A stretch of 64,000 bases of DNA from assembly GCF_964213995.1 (NCBI RefSeq), contig NW_027590162.1:124001-188000 (forward strand). Reading direction: 5' to 3'. This DNA is from Mustelus asterias (Eukaryota). Both the position numbers and the translations under genes were made by a program. This document shows, in pieces, positions 12,001-24,844 of the stretch (its first letter is position 1; the number at the start of each line of letters is the position of its first letter). Below the pieces are notes generated by a model that had not been told where the DNA came from, made no database searches, and worked only from the letters and a program-made list of their open reading frames with translations.

Positions 12001-13291
12001 GAAAGATGCGGATTAATCCAGGATAGTCAGCATGGATTCGTGAAGGGCAAGTCATGCCTCACAAATTTGATAGAATTTTTTGAGGAGGTAACTAAGTGTG
12101 TCGATGAAGGTAGGGCAGTTGATGTCATATACATGGATTTTAGTAAGGCGTTTGATAAGGTCCCCCATGGTCGGCTTATGATGAAAGTGAGGAGGTGTGG
12201 GATAGAGGGAAAGTTGGCCGATTGGATAGGTAACTGGCTGTCTGATCGAAGACAGAGGGTGGTGGTGGATGGAAAATTTTCGGATTGGAGGCAGGTTGCT
12301 AGCGGAGTGCCACAGAGATCAGTGCTTGTTCCTCTGCTCTTTGTCATTTTTATTAATGACTTAGAGGAGGGGGCTGAAGGGTGGATCAGTAAATTTGCTG
12401 ATGACACCAAGATTGGTGGAGTAGTGGATGAGGTGGAGGGCTGTTGTAGGCTGCAAAGAGACATAGATAGGATGCAAAGCTGGGCTGAAAAATGGCAAAT
12501 GGAGTTTAACCCTGATAAATGTGAGGTGATTCATTTTGGTAGGACTAATTTAAATGTGGATTACAGGGTCAAAAGTCGGGTTCTGAAGACTGTGGAGGAA
12601 CAGAGAGATCTTGGGGTCCATATCCACAGATCTCTAAAGGTTGCCACTGAAGTGGATAGAGCTGTGAAGAAGTCCTATATTGTGTGAGCTTTTATTAACA
12701 GGGGGTTGGAGTTTAAGAGCCGTGGGGTTATGCTGCAACTGTACAGGACCTTGGTGAGACCACATTTGGAATATTGTGTGCAGTTCTGGTCACCTCACTA
12801 TAAGAAGGATGTGGAAGCGTTGGAAAGAGTGCGGAGGAGATTTACCAGGATGCTGCCTGGTTTGGAGGGTAGGTCTTATGAGGAAAGGTTGAGGGAGCTA
12901 GGGCTGTTCTCTCTGGAGCGGAGGACGCTGAGGGGAGACTTAATAGAGGTTTATAAAATGATGAAGGGGATAGATAGAGTGAACGTTCAAAGACTACTTC
13001 CTCGGGTGGATGGAGCTGTTACAAGGTGGCATAACTATAGGGTTCGTGGTGGGAGATACAGGAAGGATATCAGAGGTAGGTTCTTTACGCAGAGAGTGGT
13101 TGGGGTGTGGAATGGACTGCCTGCAGTGATAGTGGAGTCAGACTTTAGGAACATTTAAGCGGTTATTGGATAGGCACATGGAGCACACCAGGATGATAGG
13201 GAGTGGGATAGCTTGATCTTGGTTTCAGAGAAAGCTCGGCACAACATCGTGGGCCGAAGGGCCTGTTCTGTGCTGTACTGTTCTATGTTCT
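9017..13291 (+). mobile_element. near full-length CR1 LINE (ORF1 Zn-finger/coiled-coil/SGNH esterase from 9401; ORF2 APE + RT, disrupted)
   Basis: CSSC..CVKC, IGDSLV, HIGTNDIG, DGVHLN; ITETW, YRPPN, GDFNFP; DFSKAFDKV, KFADD; ttctatgttct tail; stops and frameshifts in ORF2. Confidence 0.95.
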
Positions 13292-13470
13292 AGAATGTAG
13301 TGTTACAATCATAGCAAGGGTGTCGAGAAAGATTAACGTAATGCAAGGGAGGTCCATTCAGAGGTCTGATGGCAGCAGGGCAGAAGCTGTTCTTGAGTCG
13401 ATTGGTAGGTGATCCTAGACTGATGTATCTTTTTTCCCGATGGAAGAATGTGGAAGAGAGAATGTTGTCT

Positions 13471-13513
13471 GGTGAGACATTCAAAGTTGTGGGTCAGAAT
13501 CTCATCGAAGTCG
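13471..13513 (+). pseudogene. tRNA-Arg(TCT) intron end + 3' exon remnant
   Basis: ggtgagac-ATTCAAAGTTGTGGGTCAGAATCTCATCGAAGTCG followed by T5. Confidence 0.55.
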
Positions 13514-14061
13514 GCTTTTTAGGTAAAGTTTGAAGAAATCAGGAACTGGTGTATCAATGCTCTCAGAGAAGTGAAACTGCCGACTGGAACTTCATGAGAA
13601 TGCCTATAGGGCAGAAGGAAAACACTTGGTCCGTCGGGCCTGCACCGACAACAATCCCACCCAGCCTGTATCCTCGTAACCCCACATATTTACCGTGCTA
13701 CTCCCCCTGACACTGAGGGACTATTTAGCATAGCCAATCCTGCTAATACGGTGCTAATTTTCATGGCTGAGCTGCCTATTCTGGAAAGACAAAATCTGCC
13801 ATTCGGGCCGCAAATGAAGCTGGCGTCTGCTTTCGATCTTCTGAAACCACATGTTAATCTGGTGGCAAACTCCTGTCCAAAACTGGCGTCCTGATGTGAA
13901 TCGAGTTTCTCATCGGATGAGAAAAATGGGAATGTGGAATTATTCTGGACCATTCACCCGTCAAGCCTGTGTCCCCAAACTTCATCTTGGTTCCGTGAAC
14001 CTCAAAATACTGAACGAATCATCAGTTCACCGGCAATAAAGAGACAAAACATATACACCAC

Positions 14062-14133
14062 CGAAGAGGATGGGACGCGAACACAGTACAACGGATTAGC
14101 AGTCCATCGCCTTAACCACTCGGCCACGTCGTC
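14062..14133 (-). pseudogene. tRNA-Ser(GCT) pseudogene lacking T loop/B box
   Basis: GACGACGTGGCCGAGTGGTTAAGGCGATGGACT-GCT-AATCC...CGCGT|CCCATCCTCTTCG, GGGTTCGAAT deleted. Confidence 0.85.
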
Positions 14134-14368
14134 ATACCGTGATTGTTCCCCAAACCACCTCTTGTGTTTTAACATCCGTAACAAAGAACACATTTCTCCC
14201 GCAGGATAACGTTCCCTTTCCGCTTTCTCGTTAATCTTGATTCGCTGTTACGTTTCCATTTGATGTAAATCCAGAGAAAGTAAAGAGAGAGACAGTTCAC
14301 CTCTCTGGTCCCGATATGGTTTTGAATTCTCTGAACATGAACCTGATGTAAAACGCTATTAGCGCTGT

Positions 14369-14440
14369 GAGTTTGTGGCGCAGCGGAAGAGCGTTTGACG
14401 TCAGAATAGCGGGCTGCGTGTTCAAATCACAGAGCTTTTC
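14369..14440 (+). pseudogene. tRNA-Trp-derived pseudogene
   Basis: GTGGCGCAGCGGAAGAGCGTTTGACGTCAGA...GGCTGCGTGTTCAAATCAC; the GCGTGTTCAAATCAC T arm is characteristic of tRNA-Trp. Confidence 0.7.
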
Positions 14441-14903
14441 GACGCAGGTCTTTGGATTTTGGTTGTTTGCAATTGTTCCTGAAATGGCAAATTCCAAAAA
14501 CTGTGATAGAAATGAAATTTTAGGGATGATCCCGTTCGCATGCTCAGTTTATTTTTTTGCACACTTTTATATTTGAACAATGTGTCAGGAATATGATTCG
14601 TCCATTGTTTGTAAAATTGAAGCAAGGTCGACAGTCCCACTTGTTTCTGGGAGCCATCAATGGGGAGAGCTGACTGGCTGTGATTCACACCTCAGATGAG
14701 GAGCAAGGCTGAGAAGGCGGGGCCTTCATGAACAATCTCAACTGATACAGGAATTGATCCCGCAACTGAGCTAAACTGGGACAAATGCGCTGGACGACTC
14801 ATTGGTGAAAATCAAGAAGATGAAGCAAATGGACTGCGGAGAAAACCCAGATTTGCCTTGGGGCAGCAGCAGAATGCTTCTATTCGATGGAGTGAGTACA
14901 TGA

Positions 14904-14975
14904 TAGCAGAAGATGGTTTTGATCCATCGACCTCTGGGTTATGGGCCCAGCACGCTCCCGCTGCGCCACTCTGCT
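14904..14975 (-). tRNA. initiator tRNA-Met(CAT)
   Basis: AGCAGAGTGGCGCAGCGGGAGCGTGCTGGGCC-CAT-AACCCAGAGGTCGATGGATCAAAACCATCTTCTGCTA; A1-U72 pair, ATC T loop. Confidence 0.88.
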
Positions 14976-15239
14976 TCGAAAGTTGATCCCTCCCTGCTTA
15001 TTACTGCTACCCGCGAGCCAGGAAACTATTCACTGTCTCTTTTTGTTTCAAACAAGGCCCACGTGTTGGAAAGGACACAATGGCTGGATAATAACACATA
15101 ACATCACCCCGAATGTAACAGACAGACGGAACAGCAGTAAAAGACTATTCGGGCACACACACAATGAGAGACAGAAAAGCTTCAAGCAAAGCAGCAAGAT
15201 ACTGAGATGGAAAAGCTGATTATGTATGAAAAGGGACTT

Positions 15240-15490
15240 TCTGTTCCACAAAGATAGGCCCTGTTTTGAAATGTATTTCCTGTTGTGTAACTGTGCTCTC
15301 TGCTGGGAAACTGTTCTCTCTGTTTGGAACTATGACTCTGTCGTTGACAGATCTTCACTGTGGTTCTGACAAATTCTTCCCTGTTCTTTAAATGTGTTCC
15401 CGGTTTGTAAATATGTTCCGTTTTGAGCAGAAGTTTTCCTTTTGTGTGAAATGTTCTCTGTTGTTCCGTGAAGATGTTTACTGTGGGAAA
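15240..15490 (-). repeat. degenerate ~20-bp minisatellite upstream of iMet
   Basis: Reverse complement of the arrays at 23395-23720 and 24165-24650. Confidence 0.65.
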
Positions 15491-16262
15491 ACAATCGACG
15501 GAAATTTCAAGGCCGCCATTTCTGAGGCTTGCTTTCAATTCCAGCTTTGTTTGGGCCGAATGGCCTACTCCTGTTTCTGTTTTCTATCCATGTGCCTATG
15601 TGTTAAATCAGTGAATTTGAATTTCACCAGCTGCCATGGTGGGATTTACTCCGTGTCCCCAAAGATTAGCGCGGGCATCTGGATTACCAGCCCAGTGACA
15701 TCACCTTTCATCCCTGTAAACAAAAACAAAGAACAAAGAGCAAAGAACAATACAGCACAGGAACAGGCCCTTCGGCCCTCCAAGCCCGCGCCGCTCCCTG
15801 TTCCAAACTAGCCCATTCTTTTGTATCCCTCCATTCCCACTCCGTTCATGTGGCTGTCTAGATAAGTCTTAAACATTCCCAGTGTGTCCGCCTCCACCAC
15901 CTTGCCTGGCAGCTCATTCCAGGCCCCACCACCCTCTGTGTAAAATACGTCCTTCTGACATCCGGAAGCAGTTCATTCAGCTCAGCATTAAACCTCTTCC
16001 TGAGGAGATTAGAATTCCCGCCACAGAATTTCAATTAGCCGATCGATACAAAGCATTTTGTTCTCGTTTGGAACATTACCAATTTATCCAGATCAAACAC
16101 ACATTGTGGAATAGTTCTGATCTAACAATACTAAGATAAGTGAGAATCAAATGAACAAAGTTACAAGGAAAGTAATTCTGTTTGGAACTAACGGTGGATT
16201 TCAGTTAACGGGCGAGAGCTCGGTTTTCAGGAGGTTCCACCAGATTTCTGTATAAAGAGACC

Positions 16263-16340
16263 GGATTCGAACCTGCAATCGTTAGATACCAGCATGTACT
16301 GTCGCGAAATTAATCGCTTTACCCGCTAGTCTACGGTCAG
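16263..16340 (-). pseudogene. tRNA-Arg(TCG)-like pseudogene with 16-nt intron-like insert (16288-16303)
   Basis: CTGACCGTAGACTAGCGGGTAAAGCGATTAATT-TCG-C[GACAGTACATGCTGGT]ATCTAACGATTGCAGGTTCGAATCC; GATTGCAGGTTCGA matches Arg(TCG). Confidence 0.55.
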
Positions 16341-16494
16341 GCAGAGCTGCCCGTTTGTGGAATTTGTGGAAAATTCCTTATTCAGTCCTGTTCGTTCGCC
16401 TCCCCCCCAACCGCCCCCCCACCCCCCCCCCCCCCCCCACCACCCCCACCCCCAACCGCCCCCCACCCCACCCCACCCCACCCCCTCCGCCCCC

Positions 16495-16970
16495 AACAAT
16501 CATCTCTTTTTCTGCTGCATCGATGACTGTATCGGTGCCGCGTCCTGCTCTCGTCTGCACCTCGACAAAAAATAGCTGCTTTCCTTCCAATTTCCACAGT
16601 CGCACCTTCACATGGTCCATCTCTCACACTTCCCTACCCTTCCTTGACCTCTCTGTCTCCAATTCTACACAGACTGACCACCTGTAATTAAAACCCGATT
16701 GACTCACACGTCGAGTACAGATCCTCATTCCCCGCTCCCTGTCAGGACGCCATCCCCATTCTCCTAGCTTCTGAACCTCAGTCGCATTTGTTCCCCTGAT
16801 GCCTCTTTCCAAAGCAGCGCTCCTGATATGGACTCCAGCTTCCTGAAACCAGGGTGACTCCACCCCCACCCTCGGTGTTTGACTGGGCGCTCAACCATGT
16901 CCCATTTATCTCCCGCACCTCTGCCCTCACCCCTGCCCTCACCCCTTCCTCTCCCAGAGCCACGATCGGC
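16495..16970 (+). mobile_element. old Penelope-like element RT fragment
   Basis: HLFFCCIDDCIGAASCS and FTWSISHTSLPFLDLSVS (YxDD-like and LPFLD motifs), frameshifted. Confidence 0.8.
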
Positions 16971-17127
16971 TCCCAAAAGATAGAAATCAAATAGATTTTC
17001 TCATTGTCTTCTTTTCCAACATTTCGTCGATACCTTCACGAAATCCAATAGGAATAGCGATCATTTTTTCAGGCAGTGACCAACCCTCTGGAAGTGATCA
17101 AAGAGAATGAACAGCTTCAAACGCACT

Positions 17128-17209
17128 CGCTGCAAGTCGGGTTTGAAACTACGCGAAGAAACCCCATTGGATTTCAAATGCAACGCCTTAACCACTCGAC
17201 CATCGCAGC
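17128..17209 (-). pseudogene. tRNA-Ser(TGA) pseudogene
   Basis: 82-nt alignment to 54963-55044 with many stem mismatches. Confidence 0.8.
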
Positions 17210-17254
17210 TGTAACCGCCTGCAAATTTATGAACAGCTGATTTCTTTAAACTTT

Positions 17255-17307
17255 ACCTTTGAATGTCTCACCAAACCATGACACGCTATGGGTTGCGCCA
17301 CAAAGCC
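17255..17307 (-). pseudogene. tRNA-Arg(TCT) remnant
   Basis: GGCTTTGTGGCGCAACCCATAGCGTG...GGTGAGACATTCAAAGGT; same intron end as 13471. Confidence 0.5.
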
Positions 17308-18620
17308 ACACCAGGAGCCGTTATTCCGAATCCCCACATGGTTATTTCTGACGTCGTCGAACAGACAGTTCAAAAACTCAGTGAAATGTTTTGGGAAGTC
17401 CTGTGGTTGTTAAAAGAGCTACAGAAATTCCAGTAGAACTCCGAAAGGACACAGACATGCTGGTGGAATGGGGGGGGGGGGGGGGGGAGGGGGGGCATAT
17501 GGCAGATGAAGAATGAAGTGATTCATTTTGATGGGAAGAACGCAAAGAGGCAATATAAAATAAAGGGTATAATTCCAAATCGGGATGCAGGGAAAGCGGG
17601 AAATGTGTGAACCTGTGTATAAATCATTGAAGGTGGCAGGACAGGTTGTTAGAGTCGGACATTATCCTCAGATTTAAAAATGAAGTCAAGATGTTGATAC
17701 AAATTTATTGCAAACAAAATCCAGATGTATTATTAGATCGCACATTAGATATTCCCAGCATTGCCCCTCCGCATGAGGTGTGGTAGCACTTGGGCTAAAT
17801 CACCACGAGTAAGCTCTCCCCATTGAGGGGGAAAGCAGCCTCTGGGCATTGGCAACAACGGCGACTTTACCTTTATATCTGTGTCATATTCTTTGATTTT
17901 ATTTGATTTGATTTATAATTGTCACATGCATTAATAGACAGTTAAAGTAATGTTCATTGCATGCTATGCAGACAAAGCATACCATACATATAAAAGGAAA
18001 GGAGAGTGCACAATGTAGTGTTACAGTCACAGCAACGTGTAGAGAAAAATCAAATTAATACAAGATAAGTCCAATCAAAATTCTGATGGCAGCAAGGAAG
18101 AAACTGTTCTTTAGTTGGTTAGTGCTTGTCCTCAGACTTTTGTCGCTTTTTCTCGACGGAAGCCGGTGGAAGAGAGCATGTCCAGAGTGCGTCGCTCCAT
18201 GATTAAACTGGCTGTTTTTCCAAGGCAGGTGGAGGGTGGGGTGAGGTTTGAAGGCAATGCTGCAGGGTGCTCAGTGTGAAAACAGCCGATTTTAAAGCAC
18301 GTGTGTCGGAAAGTGAAGGGTAAACCTGTCTGTGTGAACATCACAGAAAAGCTCTGTCTGGTGCTGTGTCCAAGAGACAAGTTTTGTGTTGTCAGTAAAT
18401 TAACTCCTGTAATGAAGGCACAAAATCTGAAACAGGAAATGCTGGAAATATTCAGCAGCTCCGAAAGCAGCTGTGGAGAAATATTCCTGTTGCCAGGATG
18501 AAAGCCTCCAATTGCATTGTTCACGTTACTCAGACCTCTCAATCTTAGCACCTTCTTGCAAGGAACACGTAGGGCGGGAATTGGGTCTTTGTTGACTTGA
18601 GCAAATAGAGCAATGCACAA

Positions 18621-18665
18621 GCCTAGTAAACAGGAGATCTCGGTATCAAATCCCAGCGAGAGCCT
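18621..18665 (+). pseudogene. tRNA-Thr(AGT) 3' remnant
   Basis: GCCT-AGT-AAACAGGAGATCTCGGTATCAAATCCCAGCGAGAGCCT. Confidence 0.65.
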
Positions 18666-19738
18666 TGAGTCCTTTCAAGTGATCAGTGCAATTGTGCAAG
18701 TCACAATGTCCCATCCTTGCTAGTCAATATTGTCTTTACCTTTACAGTGGATGATCTACAAAGATGAAACAAAAACATGTTTCGAGACTCCCCACAAATA
18801 TATCTACTATTTATTTACTCGATCAGGTATTTTCATCATTTTGCAGAAAAACAATAATCTGCAATAAAGCCAATGCTGTAAATTCTACAAATACAACTTT
18901 CCATTTTTTTTTCCTCAGGGAATTTTTAACACAGTCGAATGGCCTTACAATCATACAATCCCAACAGTGCTGAAGGAGACCATTCTGCCCATCGAGTCTG
19001 TACCGACTCTCCAACAGAGAATTGCACACAGACCTATCCCCGCGTCGCCACGCATCCACCCCGCTAATCTACCTATACAAACACCTTCGGGATCAAGGGG
19101 CAATCGAGCATGGGCAATCCACCCAACTTGCTCATCTTTGGACTGTGGGAGTAAACAGGAGCACTTGGTTTCCTGAGATATCTTGCCTGGGTGAATGCAA
19201 CTTGAACAGCACTACAGAAGTTGAGCACCATCCAGGACAAAGCATCCCACTTCATTCGCTTCCCATGCATAAAAATTCACTCCCTCCACTACAGCAGTGC
19301 GCACCATCTACACAATGCACTGCAGCAACTCAGCAAGGCTCCTTTGCCAGCAGCTTCCAAACCAATGACTACGACAGCCTGGAAGGACAAGCGCAGCAGA
19401 CACACCAGAATAACACCACCAGGTTGCAGGGCACTGATATTCATTTATTGAGTGTAGTTATTTGTAAGTTGTTGTTGTTGCGTGTGTGTGTTCTTTAATC
19501 CTCTTTATCTTCCAAAAGAAGTGAAATATCTAATTGAAAAAGATGCTACTATTTCTAACCCAACCAGCGAACGTTGTATCAAACTTAAAGAAAGCCCCCG
19601 GGGTTTGTGATTTATTCTCGAGTTAGTGGTTTCCCTGGGAGCCGAGGCAACAGAAATAGCGTGGAGAGTTGGCAGAGCAGGAAGCTGAATCACATCATTG
19701 AAGCAGCAAACTGTTTGCCACGAATCTGACCCAAAATC

Positions 19739-19829
19739 CAACGCTGGTGGGTCTCGAAACCACAACCTTTGAATGGCTAACTTGCTATCATGTAGAAGCC
19801 CAACGCGCTTTCCATTGCGCCACAGAGCT
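19739..19829 (-). tRNA. tRNA-Arg(TCT) with 18-nt intron (19775-19792); T-stem mismatch, possibly inactive
   Basis: AGCTCTGTGGCGCAATGGAAAGCGCGTTGGGCT-TCT-A[CATGATAGCAAGTTAGCC]ATTCAAAGGTTGTGGTTTCGAGACCCACCAGCGTTG. Confidence 0.8.
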
Positions 19830-21299
19830 GCGTGACGGAAGTTTACTTTACTTGTCCATATATGGATTTTTGACAACGTAGAAACAATTCGTATTTTCAC
19901 CAATCTCGTAGTTAAAACGTCAAGAACTGTTCAGAGGAACTTCATTGATTGCAACTCGTGTTGGAACATCTTATGTCTGTTGAGACAGTTGTGGAAATAC
20001 ACACTTTTATACAGGAAATGTGTCCATCACAGAATGATCCTCCCTCTCTCTCTTCCTCATTCTTCTGTACAGCTTGGAGTCAAATCTCGCAGGCTTGATA
20101 GTCGGGAGACACGTTCTACTCTATCTGCCACAGGGCTGATCAGAACCTGTTCCCTGTTCCAGCAAAACATCTGCACAGAACACAACGCAAAGCTGGAAGC
20201 TGGAAATCTGAAACAAAAACAGAAAATGCTGGAAGTGCTCAGCGGATGAGGCAAACTTTTTGATTAATGGAGATTTCTGGAAAACAAATTCCTGAAGCAC
20301 AGCACAGCTGCACAGTTTAAAGTTTCCTTTCATCCACAATGGATGGGCCATTCTATGATTTTGAATAATCCAAATTGACAATGCGCATTGTTATTCTAGT
20401 GGCCACAGCCTGATAACCACTCCAGGCATTGATGTCGCCCTTGGATTTTAAATTTGTAAATCCATTCTCTATCTTTTAGAGCTGCAATTGAATCTGTATC
20501 TATAACCCATTCAGTTCATTGTGAGTGAGAAGGAGAATTGAAGATACATTTGGATAATTTTCCTTTGACTGAATTTGTACAGAAGCATAAAGGCGGGCAT
20601 CACACACAGCACTTCATGAAACTCACCCGCTCAAAGCTTACAGTGTTTAATCAAGGGATGGTTCTATTTATTCATTTATTATTAATGGAGAATAGAAAAG
20701 TTGGAACTGTATGCAATCTGGGCAATATAACTGAGCAAAGTGAAACACAATGGGGACTGGGCACGATAAGCCTCCCATGGGCAAAAGACAAAGTGGAGGT
20801 GTGACGTTGACTGCCTTGTGAGACGGAGCAGGGAAATGTTGTCGGATGAAGATACATAGGAAAGTCGGAGTGCTAAATGTTTAATGATCACTGTACAAGC
20901 AAAAGGTGCAATGCAGACTGCAGGCTGGATATTCAATTCTTACTATCCGAAACAACAGTGATTCAAAATGCCACTTCGTTCAAAACATAATGCCAACCGG
21001 CACTAATACATTCCGTAAAAAGCATAGCCTTACTGATTTATATAATTTAAATGATTTAATTTCATTACAGAGGAAAGCAGCGTCGTGGTAGATTTCAAAA
21101 AGATACGGCCAACAGATTTAGTATTTCTAAATTCCTCCGTCCCGGGTTCAATATAATGTGAACAATTCTTGTCTGTTGTGTCCCTCTCTGATGTCTGAAC
21201 TTCAGTCTACCAGAGTGTGCTGCCATCCACTGGCCGCAATACAGAACTGTAGTAGCGCGGGAAAAAATGCACATTAACTGTCGCTGTTGACCGACATGT

Positions 21300-22331
21300 A
21301 GTTGGTCAAAGAAGACAGAGGGTAGCAGTGGAAAGTGGCGTTCCTCAGGGATCAGTGTTGTGACCTTTGCTGCTTGTAATATATATAAATGATTTGGAGG
21401 AAAATGCAACTGGTTTGATTAGTAAGTTTGCGGACGACACAAAGGTTGGTGGATTTGCGGAGAGCGATGAGGACAATCAGAGGATACAGCAGGATATAGA
21501 TCAGTTGGAGACTTGGGCGGAGAGATGGCAGATGGAGTTTAATCCGGACAAATGTGAGGTAATGCATTTTGGAAGGTCTAATACAGATAGGAAATATACA
21601 GTAAATGTCAGAACCCTTATGAGTATTGATAGACAAAGGGATCAGGTACACAGGTCACTGAAAGTAGCAATGCAGGTGGAGAAGGTAGTCAAGAAGGCAT
21701 ACAGCATGCTTACCTTCATCAGCCGGGGCATTGAGTTTAAAAATTGGCAAGTCATGTTGCAGCTTTATGGAACCTTAGTTAGGCCGCACTTGTTCAATTC
21801 TGGTCACCATACGACGCGAAGGATGTGGAGGCTTTGGAGAGGATACAAAAAAGATTTACCAGGATGTTGCCTTGTATGGAGGGCATTAGCTATGAGGAGA
21901 GGTTGGAGAAACTTGGTTTGTTCTCACTAGAACGACGGAGGTTGAGGGGCGACCTGATAGAAGTCTACAAGATTATGAGAGGCATGGATAGAGTGGATAG
22001 TCAGAAGCTTTTTCTCAGGGTGGGACAGTCAATTACTATGGGGCACAGGCTTAAGATGCGAGGGGCAAGGTTTAAAGGAGATGCACGAGGCAGATATTTT
22101 ACACAGAGAGTAGTGGGTGCCTGGAACTCATTGCCGAGGGAGGTAGTGGAACCGGATATGGTAGTGACTTTTAAGGGGCGTCTTGACAAATACATGAATA
22201 GGATGGGAATAGAGGGATATGGTCCCCGGAAGGGTAGGGGGTGTTGGTTCAGTCGGGCAGCATGGTCGGTGCAGGCTTGGAGGGCTGAAGGGCCTCTTCC
22301 TGTGCTGTAATTTTCTTTGTTCTTTGTTCTA
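21300..22331 (+). mobile_element. 5'-truncated CR1 LINE
   Basis: SKFADDTKVGG...GLFSLERRRLRGDLIEVYK; ttctttgttctttgttct tail. Confidence 0.92.
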
Positions 22332-23394
22332 TAACTTCGAAGTTGGTATTACCTGGAGCATTTGAATCGACGAGCACAGACGTACTAAAGGGCAATCGAG
22401 GTAATGAGACGTTGGAGAATGAATTTCAGAGGTAAGCAGATGATGTTCCGTTGAAGATTTTGAGTAGAGGACCGTGTGGAATCATATACTAATTAGAACA
22501 AAAGGCCCAGTTTCAATTAGGTATCTTCCGGGTAGAATATGTACAGATTTGCAAAGTTTCTCAGATAGAGAGAGAGCGATACAGAATGAGTCCAACAATA
22601 CATATAGAATCTTAGAATAGATACAACAGAGAGAGGGAGAGCATTCGGCCCTTTGCCTGTATGCTGGGCTGTACAAGAACATCTCAGCTCATCCCTTTCC
22701 AAGTCCTTGCCTCAAAACCCTGGAAATCCTTTCACTTCAGGTGCTGATCCCATTCTCCCTTGACAACCCGGATTTGATGCTGCCTCGACCACCCCCCCCC
22801 CCCCCCCCCGCCCCCCCAGGCAGTGCATTCCAGGTTCTAAACACTCAGCACATTAAAAACCATCTTTCTCTCCTCTGGCAATGGGAACAATATTTCTTCA
22901 TCTCCTCTTCTTAGACTGCACCCACCAACCCACCACCTCTACCATCTCGAAGGACAGCAGCAGTAAATACATGGGAACACCAGCACTGCAAACTCCCCCT
23001 CAAGGCACTCACCGTCCTGACTTGGAAATACATTGCGGCTCCTTCACTGTCGCAGTGGCAAAATCCTGAAAGACTGTTTGGCTAACAGCACTGTGGCTCT
23101 ACCGACACCTCAGCGACTGCAGCAGTTCAATAAAGCAGCAAACCACCTCCTTCTTAAGGTCAGTTAGAGATTGGCAATGAATGCTGGCCTCGTCAGTGAT
23201 GCCCTCTCGAAATGAATAAAACAAAAAAAAAACTCGCAACTACAACTGGAGACAGACAGATACAGAACAAATCTCACTCACGTGCCTTTGTTGGATACAA
23301 TATGAATCCGCAAATCACATTCACTAACAGAGGGTAAAATGCAGTCGAAATTGGGCGATCGTTATCCAGTTGCAGTTTAACCAGTGTTTTATAC

Positions 23395-23720
23395 AAGAAC
23401 AGAAAACATCTTCACACAACATGCGACATTTTAACCCAATATGGAACATCATGAGACCAGATAATTAACTTTCTGCCGAACAGAAAACATCTTCACGGAG
23501 AATATTTTCACACAACAGGGAACACGTTTACAGAGCAGGGCATATATTAACAAAGCATTTTTTAAAAATTACACAAGATGGACCGTATTTATACAATCAG
23601 AAAGACATTGACAGCATCAGGGAAGCATTTTGCACAACAGCAGAAAACACCTCTCAACATCAGAGAGCACAGTTACACAGGAGGAAATATATTTGCAAAC
23701 ATGTATTTGCAACAGAAAAT
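23395..23720 (+). repeat. degenerate ~20-bp minisatellite (consensus ~AACAGGGAACACATTTACAC)
   Basis: Recurrent aacag...ttcacac units at ~20-bp spacing. Confidence 0.65.
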
Positions 23721-23948
23721 TCCTTGAAATATAGTGATAGATTCTCCAATTCCGTGTCATGCGGTTTCCCATCACCTTTGTCTGTCGTTATATGTCCAGA
23801 CAATTTAGCTTACTGCTATTGTGTGTTTTTCTCTGTTGTATTCTGGGTGTGATGCAGGGGCTGAGCCTCCTGACACTGGAACTAGTATTAAACAATACAG
23901 GGGCGAAAATCTGCCTGACTACATTGATAGACAGACAGCCTTTGGCGT

Positions 23949-24020
23949 AGCAGAGTGGCGCAGCGGAAGCGTGCGGGGCCCATAACCCAGAAGTCGATGG
24001 ATCGAAACCATCCTCTGCTA
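23949..24020 (+). tRNA. initiator tRNA-Met(CAT)
   Basis: AGCAGAGTGGCGCAGCGGAAGCGTGCGGGGCC-CAT-AACCCAGAAGTCGATGGATCGAAACCATCCTCTGCTA; one anticodon-stem mismatch. Confidence 0.88.
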
Positions 24021-24164
24021 TTCCTATTATCACTGATAATGAAACGACTTGACAAGAACGTTTGTGACTTTTCGGTGCAGGATGCAGACAGGTATTTACA
24101 TCGGCTTCTCTTTTCCCCAGAAAACTTCGATCTGCAGTGAATCACTTTTATATGCAAGAGTTTT

Positions 24165-24650
24165 ACACTAAACAGGGAAAATCTTAACACAACATACAAA
24201 AATTTACTGACAGAAACATCTTCACGGAGAATCTTCTTACACAATAGAGAACACGTTTGCAGAGCAGGGGACATATTAAAAGAACAGAAAAAAAACATTT
24301 ACACAGCTGGAAACACATTTACAACAACAGGGGAGCATCTTACACAACAGCAGAAATCATCTCTCAACAACAATTGAGATAGTTACATGGGTAAGATGGG
24401 TCTGGAGGGTATGGGGCAAACATGAGCAATGGGAATAGCTCGGTGGTAAAAAAAACTCGACGGCATGGACAAGTTGGGCCGATGGGGCTGTTTCCATGCT
24501 GTAAACCTCTAAGTCACAGAGCACAGCAGGAAAAAGAGTGAAATACTTTGCACAACAACAGTGAACATCTTTGAACAACAGAGAGCACAGGTACATGGCA
24601 GGAATTATATTTACAAACATATTTACACGAGAAAACGCATTTAAAACATC
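24165..24650 (+). repeat. second copy of the 20-bp minisatellite, interrupted by a CR1 3' fragment (~24378-24510)
   Basis: Colinear with 23395-23720. Confidence 0.7.
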
Positions 24651-24844
24651 AGTGATCAATTCCGTGACCGTCCATACACGTGTACAAGCAACCTCTTTTG
24701 CTGTTTTTGTGCGTGTATTTCTCTGTCCCTTCAGTCTTGGTGCTATGCAGTGGAATTTTGTGTCCAGACTGAGCCTCCTGACACTGGTGCTGGTGTTAAA
24801 CTACAACGTGGAAGTTAATATCTGACTGGCTACATTGAAAGGCA

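Noticed and set aside
14369-14440. TCA anticodon suggesting an opal suppressor or tRNA-Sec
   Set aside because: Trp-derived body with broken acceptor and anticodon stems and no Sec architecture.
21070-21155. cccgggttcaat B-box-like motif
   Set aside because: No matching tRNA body.
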